Assembly: GCA_021846665.1 (NCBI GenBank)
Contig: JAJZWM010000001.1
Span: 13,598-77,597 of the forward strand
DNA: 64,000 bases
Reading direction: 5' to 3'
From: Nanobdellota archaeon
GTDB taxonomy: Archaea; Nanobdellota; Nanobdellia; Parvarchaeales; Parvarchaeaceae
In this document: piece after piece, positions 57,640 through 64,000 of the stretch
How the letters are laid out: every line of letters begins with the position of its first letter
Numbering within the stretch: position 1 is the stretch's first letter
The notes under the pieces: generated by a model
The model's input: only the letters and a program-made list of their open reading frames with translations
Told to the model about the DNA's origin: nothing
Databases searched by the model: none
Made by a program: the position numbers and the translations under genes

Positions 57640-58197
57640 ATGGATAAAGCAAAAGAGAAAAATGAAAGTAAGTCAGAGCAAAACATTAAAAAAACGCCAA
57701 TTACTTTTATATTAGCTATTGTTTCTGGAGCAATAGCAGTAATATCCGGGATACTTACAATAGTAAAAAACCTTTCAATATTGACATTTAATTCACAAAG
57801 CGTTTTAAGTGCAGCAAATAGTACAGCAAATTCTACTACATTACAATATCTAAGTCTTGCATTAAATGGTGTTTCAGGCGTAAAAAATGGAATAATTGTC
57901 CTTGGCCCATTACTCATAATTGCAGGGATATTTATGATAATTGCAGCTTTTTACCTTAAATCAAAAAACAGAGAAACAAGAAACTTCGGAACATTTTTGG
58001 TTTTTCTTTTCAGTCTTTTTGCCATACTTGGATTATTAATATATGTTCCATTCGACTCTCTTTCTATTTTGGTTTTAGTCTATTTTCCACTTACTACAAT
58101 AGGAAGCATAACCTATGCTTTAATAGTCATATATATTATAATAGGGATAATAACAGGTGCACTTGCTTTACTAAAAGATAAAAGATATTTATCTTAA
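57640..58197 (+). CDS. Integral membrane protein (4 TM), function unknown
   Basis: 185 aa. Lys/Glu-rich N-terminus then four hydrophobic helices. Preferred over the overlapping antisense ORF 57576..57917 on hydropathy and orientation with the downstream gene. Confidence 0.5.
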   Translation: MDKAKEKNESKSEQNIKKTPITFILAIVSGAIAVISGILTIVKNLSILTFNSQSVLSAANSTANSTTLQYLSLALNGVSGVKNGIIVLGPLLIIAGIFMIIAAFYLKSKNRETRNFGTFLVFLFSLFAILGLLIYVPFDSLSILVLVYFPLTTIGSITYALIVIYIIIGIITGALALLKDKRYLS

Positions 58198-58217
58198 AAA
58201 ATACTTGAATAAAGACT

Positions 58218-59303
58218 ATGAACAACGCAAAGATAATGACGAAAAAGGTAGTAACAGTTGAAATTAACACTAGCATAGAAAAAGCTCTTGAGATAATGGA
58301 TTTAAGAAAGATAAAAGAATTGCCGGTAGTGCAGAATAAAAAATATGTAGGTTTAATAGTTTATTATGATATCCTGTCAAGAGACATTAACAAAAGCTTG
58401 AAAGCTGGAGATTTTATTAAAAAAGCACCGGCTATCCTGCCAAAGGACAGCATAGGCAGAACAATAAGCATAATGCAGGATTCTGGAGTCGGAGCTCTGC
58501 CAGTAGTAGATGAAGATAAAAAAGTAATAGGGATAGTTTCAGATTTTGATGTATTAAAGCTTTTGATAAATGATAGAATATTTGATTCATTTAAGGTTGA
58601 AGATGTAGTTATAAAGCGATTTCCAATACTTAGAACTGATGACACAATAGGAAGAGCACAAAAATTAGCGGCAATAAACCGTATTGATAATTTACCGATA
58701 GTAGATAATTTTGGCAAACTTGTTGGGCAAGTTTCAACGTCTGATATATTAAGTTATATCTTTGAGAAGAAACTGACTAGAACTAGGGGCAAAAAGGATC
58801 CGCATAGAGATGAAAAGTTACCTACTGAAAGAAACATAATGGAAATAGCTAAAGCAGAAATACCTAAACTAAATCTTACCCTGAATCTAAGAAGAGCGCT
58901 TGAACTCATGCTTAGCTCAAAAATAAAGAGTGGTATAGTTATAGATAATAATGGCAAACCTGTTGGTATACTGAGCAGGCTTAAGATTTTAGACTTACTA
59001 AATGGAAAAAACATAGGAGAAAACGTAGATTTAACAATTTCTGGGGATTATGATTGGGACTTTGTAATTTTAGTAAGAAATGAAATAAATAAAAGAGAAA
59101 GATTTCTTGTTAATTCGGTGGGTATAAAAAGCATAAGAATAAATGTGAAGAAAATAAAGAAAGCTGCGGATCAATATCAAATAAATATGCTTGCGATGGG
59201 CAAAAAGAGATATAATATAAAAGCAGATGGCATTTCTAAAGAGATGATATTCGAAGAGATAGTAGACAAACTTGATAGTGCTTTAGAAAGAATTAAGGAT
59301 TAA
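58218..59303 (+). CDS. CBS-domain protein (four CBS motifs in two Bateman pairs)
   Basis: 361 aa. Repeated CBS-like segments (MTKKVVTVEINTSIEKALEIM...LPVV..., GALPVVDEDKKVIGIVSDFDVLK, NLPIVDNFGKLVGQVSTSDIL, SGIVIDNNGKPVGILSRLKIL). Confidence 0.7.
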   Translation: MNNAKIMTKKVVTVEINTSIEKALEIMDLRKIKELPVVQNKKYVGLIVYYDILSRDINKSLKAGDFIKKAPAILPKDSIGRTISIMQDSGVGALPVVDEDKKVIGIVSDFDVLKLLINDRIFDSFKVEDVVIKRFPILRTDDTIGRAQKLAAINRIDNLPIVDNFGKLVGQVSTSDILSYIFEKKLTRTRGKKDPHRDEKLPTERNIMEIAKAEIPKLNLTLNLRRALELMLSSKIKSGIVIDNNGKPVGILSRLKILDLLNGKNIGENVDLTISGDYDWDFVILVRNEINKRERFLVNSVGIKSIRINVKKIKKAADQYQINMLAMGKKRYNIKADGISKEMIFEEIVDKLDSALERIKD

Positions 59304-62300
59304 AAAGAAAGAAGAGAGGTCTGTTTTTCTATCTTTTCTCCGAATATACTATTTAATTCGACATCGAGCAAATGAAGTTCATCTGCAAGATATGGAGAGA
59401 TGTGATATTTCTGTGCTATATCTAAAGAGATTGAAAGATACTTTTTTATGTTTCCCTCACTGGAAGTAAGCACAAGGTTACCCCCGCATTTCAAACATTT
59501 TCCAATAAGAGGCGCTCTTCTATATCTTTCATTGCATTTGACGCAACGAAACTCCTGAGTTCCGAATCTACGCAAATTTCCTTTTATATCTTTTATGAAA
59601 TGCTTATCTATTATTATTTTTGCAACGTCTGAAACATCTACTGCTCTTATTTTTTCCTGTAATGACATCTGTGCTGATACCTTTTCAAGCATTGTTCCTA
59701 GTGTTTTATAAGATGAAACGTTAACCCCGTCATTTATATCTTCCGTATCATGTGTAAAGAATATTGTTTTGTAAGGATCACTGAATATATCCTTTACCTG
59801 CATTATCTTAACGTCCGAAGGTTTTGCATAATTCAGTGTGGCTTCATAAAACTCTACAGGATATTTATCTACAATATCCAGATTATACGCTTCCGAATCT
59901 ATACTTTCAAGGTCAAGCTTTGATGAGATAACTAGGGGAGAGTCCATATATCTTGCACCCCTAGAGTCAGGAAGCAAGCCTCTATCAAAATTAAGCAACA
60001 TGTCTGTTAAAAGCATTAGTGCAGCTTCATCTCCATCGCAGTTCCTACGCATTGCAGCGTGGAAAAATGGGTGAGCAAATAAGCCCTGTGTTTTCGAGAA
60101 ACCTATTATTCTGCCAACCGTTCCAGAAGAGGTATGTGGAGCTAAACCTATAACTAGCTTTCCTACTAAATCCTCCTTAGAATTTACATTCATTATGCTA
60201 TCTACTTTATAGTACCTTGTTAAAAGTTCATCTATGAACTTAGATACTCTTGAAAAAACTTCGGCTGCGTTTTCATTCATGTTACCAAAAGTGGGAAGAA
60301 TTATATCCTGCTGCTTTAATTGTAGTATCTGTTCTTTATCCTCAAGCTCTTTACCATAAATATCATGGGTATACCCTAATTCTTTAAGTCTACTTATACT
60401 CGTACTAACTTCTTTTGGCTTGAAATGAGTTATTGGCACTTCTATTGCATCGAATCTAATTGTTCCGTCTTTGTTTACATTCAAATTATTAATTGCACGT
60501 AATATTCCTTTTTCCAATGGCTCTATATCTCCATTAGAATTAAAAACACCTTTAACTCCTTTTATTACAGCGGGTCTGTCTTTTATTTCAAGTTTATTAA
60601 ATGCCCTGTCAAGATATTCCTTTAAATTTATTTTTTGCTTTGCTTTTTGAACAGTAGGTTTACCATGATGAAACATATCTGTAGTTTTAGTCCCACATAT
60701 TCTGCAGTACCTTATTCTTTTTGTTTCTAAACCACATATATCACATTTTGCAAATATGCTTTCTCTTTTACAATTCTCACAGTAAAAAAGCCCATATTCT
60801 GCAAGGACAGTTTCTTTTTGAGCTGCAACAATTACGTTCCTTGATGCACCGCCGCTTTCTCCTATTGGAAATATAACATTTGGATTTGTATCCATCTCTC
60901 TCATCTTTGCCTTTTCAGGCCTACCTAACCTTCCACCTATGAAAGTACCAGCTATATCCATTATTTTTAATTTGGATATATTGCTTAAAAGCTCCAAATT
61001 TGAAAAATTTTGGCCAATTTTCAAAAGAATTGTATCAAAATTATAGTTTCCATACCCAATAGTAAACAGAAATGAGTCTGCATTGTCTATCACTATACTG
61101 TTTCCTTTTAAGTAATGCTCGATAGCTATAATTTCAAGTATTCTTTTTATTTCAGCATTAAATGGAAGTATAAGTATTTTATATGCAGATCCAGGTATTT
61201 CGTTTTGATACTCTATTTTTGCATTTGTATTGACATATTCTATAAGATCAGTTAATTGCTTGTAACTTATCTGTGACCAAAAATATAAGAATTTTGGATG
61301 TAATGGAATAGAGTATTTCAACGAGAAGTCCTTGTATTCTGAAAAACTACTAAGCTTTTTGGCTTCTTTTATTGCTTCTTCCCCTTTACTTTCAACTATC
61401 CTATCCCACCATTCGCTTACAAAAGGAGAAGGCATTAATAAATGTCCCTGCTCTGAAAAGTCTCCGTAATTAAACAGTATATCTCCTACGTATAATATTT
61501 CTTCTATTTCATTAAGGGATTGTTCTGCTTGTTTAACTGTATTTATTCTCTTTACAGAACCATTCTTTAGCTTTACTATCGGACCATCAATCGTTGAACA
61601 AGGAGTTACAGCACATGCTTTTCCAGGAAGCTCAACCCTTAATTGAGAGCCAGTAGCAATAAAATTAGAGAGTATCCTATTTGTAGCCGGATTTATTGAA
61701 GCGGCTGCAAGGCCTGAAGTTCTGCTCCTACCATAATGTAGTCTAAATCCACCGCTTGTAAGGGGATAAGAAAAAACTGGCCTACCTGCTGCTAATTCTT
61801 CAATATAACGATAATTTGGTAGCACTTTCTGTGTAGTATTATTCTCCTTTTCATTTGCGCTCTTTTCTGCATGTGAAAGTTCTTTCAATTTTAAGTAATC
61901 TGGTAAAAATGCAAAATCATCTTCTATATTATAGTTTTTTGCAAAACCTTTCATTAATTTATTTACTTTATTTGATTTTTGTGCAAAGCCTTCACAGAGT
62001 ACTAAACACATACCTCCTCTTATTCTATTAGTTTTTATCCTTGGTAAGTCTTTGTATGCAGACACTTCTCTTTCACTTGTCGGATCACCTTCGATCTCTA
62101 TAGGTATATTCTTAAGTAGAAAATCTAATTCATTCAAACTAGGAAGGTACTGTAACCTCGCTTCATAATCATTATAATCGGTAACTTCAACTTTTATCCT
62201 GCTTATCTCTTGTTCTGTTGCATCATATTTACCATAACCAAAGTTAGCTCTAAGAGCGTCTGCTATAACTACAACAGATGCTGCGGCCGTACCTCCTGCC

Positions 62301-62731
62301 CCTCGTATTGGGCCACCAAAATGACATGCAAAGTATTCTTTTCCATCCATCCTTTTCTTAAACTCGAGCTTTACAAAACCTTCTAGCGGTGCAGAAACTA
62401 TTCCAGAAGTTATATAAGCAAGCCCTACTCTTATTCCCATTTCTATTGCATCGTGTATATTTTCAAATTTAACGAACTTTGATTCAGCAGTCGCTATTGC
62501 ACTGTCAATTGCGACCCTCCAGTCATTTGGCCCGTATTTCTTCTCTTTTTCCCTTATAAAATCTGCAAGACCACTTTTTATCAGCTTTGAATTTAGAACA
62601 GAAAGCAAACCCTCTATCCTATCTGCAACATCCGAAGCTAAAGGTATGTTTATAGGTTTTAATCTTCCTATGATTTCATATTGTTTTTTAACCTCAGCAG
62701 TTATTTGGTTATGATAAGAATCTGTTTCCAT
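59300..62731 (-). CDS. polC/dp2: DNA polymerase II (PolD) large subunit DP2
   Basis: 1143 aa. N-terminal ...EYFACHFGGPIRGAGGTAAASVVVIADALR. Zinc-finger CENCKRES..CDICG and CRICGTKT. Catalytic region RNCDGDEAALMLLTDMLLNFDRGLLP. C-terminal CVKCNERYRRAPLIGKCLKCGG. No intein. Confidence 0.9.
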   Translation of the reverse strand: METDSYHNQITAEVKKQYEIIGRLKPINIPLASDVADRIEGLLSVLNSKLIKSGLADFIREKEKKYGPNDWRVAIDSAIATAESKFVKFENIHDAIEMGIRVGLAYITSGIVSAPLEGFVKLEFKKRMDGKEYFACHFGGPIRGAGGTAAASVVVIADALRANFGYGKYDATEQEISRIKVEVTDYNDYEARLQYLPSLNELDFLLKNIPIEIEGDPTSEREVSAYKDLPRIKTNRIRGGMCLVLCEGFAQKSNKVNKLMKGFAKNYNIEDDFAFLPDYLKLKELSHAEKSANEKENNTTQKVLPNYRYIEELAAGRPVFSYPLTSGGFRLHYGRSRTSGLAAASINPATNRILSNFIATGSQLRVELPGKACAVTPCSTIDGPIVKLKNGSVKRINTVKQAEQSLNEIEEILYVGDILFNYGDFSEQGHLLMPSPFVSEWWDRIVESKGEEAIKEAKKLSSFSEYKDFSLKYSIPLHPKFLYFWSQISYKQLTDLIEYVNTNAKIEYQNEIPGSAYKILILPFNAEIKRILEIIAIEHYLKGNSIVIDNADSFLFTIGYGNYNFDTILLKIGQNFSNLELLSNISKLKIMDIAGTFIGGRLGRPEKAKMREMDTNPNVIFPIGESGGASRNVIVAAQKETVLAEYGLFYCENCKRESIFAKCDICGLETKRIRYCRICGTKTTDMFHHGKPTVQKAKQKINLKEYLDRAFNKLEIKDRPAVIKGVKGVFNSNGDIEPLEKGILRAINNLNVNKDGTIRFDAIEVPITHFKPKEVSTSISRLKELGYTHDIYGKELEDKEQILQLKQQDIILPTFGNMNENAAEVFSRVSKFIDELLTRYYKVDSIMNVNSKEDLVGKLVIGLAPHTSSGTVGRIIGFSKTQGLFAHPFFHAAMRRNCDGDEAALMLLTDMLLNFDRGLLPDSRGARYMDSPLVISSKLDLESIDSEAYNLDIVDKYPVEFYEATLNYAKPSDVKIMQVKDIFSDPYKTIFFTHDTEDINDGVNVSSYKTLGTMLEKVSAQMSLQEKIRAVDVSDVAKIIIDKHFIKDIKGNLRRFGTQEFRCVKCNERYRRAPLIGKCLKCGGNLVLTSSEGNIKKYLSISLDIAQKYHISPYLADELHLLDVELNSIFGEKIEKQTSLLSF

Positions 62732-62791
62732 ATTTAACTAAAATTATATGACTTACACAATTAAAACATTATTGCTAAAAACAAAGAAGTG

Positions 62792-62865
62792 GGCCGCGAA
62801 GGGGATTTGAACCCCTGTCTAAAGGGCCACAGCCTTTTATTCTGCCTAGCTAAACTATCGCGGCC
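62792..62865 (-). tRNA. tRNA-His (anticodon GTG) with genomically encoded G-1
   Basis: 8-bp acceptor stem G(-1)GCCGCGA/TCGCGGCC. The extra 5' G pairs with discriminator C73. D stem GTTT/GAAT (two G-U pairs). Anticodon stem AAAGG/CCTTT with loop CTGTGGC. T arm AGGGG-TTCAAAT-CCCCT. Confidence 0.7.
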
Positions 62866-62946
62866 ATTTTGCATTAAATATATTAAATCAGTATTATATT
62901 ATTAATAGTTGATATATAATTATAGTTCAATAAGCTGGCAGATATT

Positions 62947-64000
62947 ATGGAAAAAAAGGAGGTAGAAGAGATAATTAAGAGAAAAATGAATGAAAACCCT
63001 AAAGAACTTATACCTATTGATTCGCTCATTGAATTAGGGTTAAAAAGATATAAATGCAAAGTCTGTGGCAAGAATTTTTGGAGTTTCACTGAAAAAGACA
63101 AATGCGGAGATGTTGACTGTATAGGTGAGTATACTTTCTTCAACAAAAATATATCCTCTTTAAAAGCAAGCTACGAGGAGATATGGAAAGATTTCTCATA
63201 TTTTTTTAAAAAAACAAAGCATAAAGAAATAAAACGCTATCCTGTTGTTGCCAGATGGAGAGATGATATATATTTTGTAGAAGCTGCTATAGATGATTTT
63301 GCACCATATGTAATAAAAGGCGTTGCAGAACCACCTGCGAACCCACTAGTTATACCACAGATATGTTTAAGATTCAATGATATAAACAACGTTGGATTAT
63401 CTGGTAGGCACCTTACAAGTTTCATAATGGCAGAAGAAGCTGCATTCAATACAAAAAAGAAGAAAACATACTTTGACAACGAAGCAATAAAATACATAAC
63501 AAATTGGATTTTAAATGGGCTTAAAATAAAAAAGGAAGAATTGACATTTATAGAAGATGCGTGGGCTGGAGCCGGATACGCTGGCAGCTGCCTTGAATAC
63601 TTTGCTGGCGGTCTTGAACTTGGAAACCAGGTTTACATGCGTTATGTTATAAATGATAACAAATTAGAAGGGATTCCTACAAAAACAATAGATATGGGCG
63701 CAGGTCTTGAGAGATGGTCTTGGGTTGTTAACAATACCCCTACAATATACGAGGCAACTTTTCCTAAAGTTATAGAATTCATTAAAAGTAAAGTAGGAGT
63801 AAATTATGACAATGAAAAGATAAAAAAAGCATATGAATACATTGGAAAAATGGACTTTGAAAAGACAAGAATAGAGGATGCGATAAAAGCCATAGCAGAA
63901 GAAACAAAAACTGACGAAGAAGAAATAAAAAAATTACTTAGTGATATGCAAGCGATTTATTCCATTGCAGATCACAGCAGAACTTTATTAGTAGCAATAC
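62947..64000 (+). CDS. alaS: Alanyl-tRNA synthetase, N-terminal part (runs off window end)
   Basis: Open frame from ATG 62947 to the window end, so not in the ORF track. Archaeal AlaRS N-terminal signature ...KRYKCKVCGKNFWSFTEKDKCGDVDCIGEYTF...RYPVVARWRDDIYFVEAAIDDF...HLTSFIMAEEAAFN...GAGLERWSWV. Confidence 0.85.
   Translation, partial: MEKKEVEEIIKRKMNENPKELIPIDSLIELGLKRYKCKVCGKNFWSFTEKDKCGDVDCIGEYTFFNKNISSLKASYEEIWKDFSYFFKKTKHKEIKRYPVVARWRDDIYFVEAAIDDFAPYVIKGVAEPPANPLVIPQICLRFNDINNVGLSGRHLTSFIMAEEAAFNTKKKKTYFDNEAIKYITNWILNGLKIKKEELTFIEDAWAGAGYAGSCLEYFAGGLELGNQVYMRYVINDNKLEGIPTKTIDMGAGLERWSWVVNNTPTIYEATFPKVIEFIKSKVGVNYDNEKIKKAYEYIGKMDFEKTRIEDAIKAIAEETKTDEEEIKKLLSDMQAIYSIADHSRTLLVAI

Noticed and set aside
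57576-57917. 113-aa minus-strand ORF
   Set aside because: Overlaps the better-supported plus-strand 4-TM membrane protein gene 57640..58197. Antisense low-complexity translation.
62883-63497. Two minus-strand ORFs (87 and 86 aa) at the window end
   Set aside because: Antisense to the clearly recognisable AlaRS N-terminus on the plus strand.
1-64000. CRISPR arrays, IS elements, transposases, integrases
   Set aside because: Scanned intergenic regions for regularly spaced direct repeats and ORFs for DDE/HTH transposase or tyrosine integrase motifs. None seen. The only repeats found are the duplicated promoter element (15305/16170) and intragenic domain repeats.

Overview
This window looks like an AT-rich (~30% GC) archaeal chromosome segment. 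Evidence for archaeal origin: the ribosomal proteins L19e, L32e and S4e, PolD DP1 and DP2, aIF2-alpha with Nop10, EndA, an archaeal-type SAM synthetase and a class I CCA-adding enzyme. I infer a euryarchaeal or DPANN-like lineage, likely with a reduced genome. Housekeeping backbone: a long minus-strand ribosomal-protein supercluster (L3-L4-L23 | Rpp29-S17-L14-L24-S4e-L5-S14-S8-L6-L32e-L19e-L18-S5-L30-L15-SecY followed by a YidC/DUF106-like gene). It lacks the L2-S19-L22-S3-L29 block and adk. Also present: pyruvate kinase, two tandem thymidylate kinases with PolD small subunit, ArgRS, aSUI1, MetRS next to an initiator tRNA-Met, UMP kinase, topoisomerase IA, EF-1alpha, AsnRS-like synthetase, PolD large subunit, the start of AlaRS, IMP dehydrogenase, an APC transporter, a CCA-adding enzyme abutting tRNA-Asn, an Lhr-like helicase, archaeal SAM synthetase, aRF1, EndA, and aIF2-alpha with Nop10. 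Five tRNAs were found by eye: Asn-GTT, Ala-TGC, Ile-GAT, iMet-CAT and His-GTG. The most striking content is accessory. A five-gene minus-strand operon (1..9568) encodes giant Asn-rich surface proteins, at least three with archaeal class III (type IV prepilin-like) signal peptides, plus a small pilin. Two further giant (1232 and 1135 aa) class III signal-peptide proteins sit inside housekeeping neighbourhoods and share a DUF2341-like module and a C-terminal YPP-x-G-x-MP motif. No pilus assembly ATPase, platform protein or prepilin peptidase is in the window. Other notable items: a multiply frameshifted gene remnant between tRNA-Asn and the pilin operon; a duplicated leaderless promoter plus conserved small upstream ORF in front of two adjacent genes; an aRF1 with NIKD instead of NIKS; a tRNA-iMet with a bulged T stem. 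No CRISPR array, IS element or transposase was recognised.
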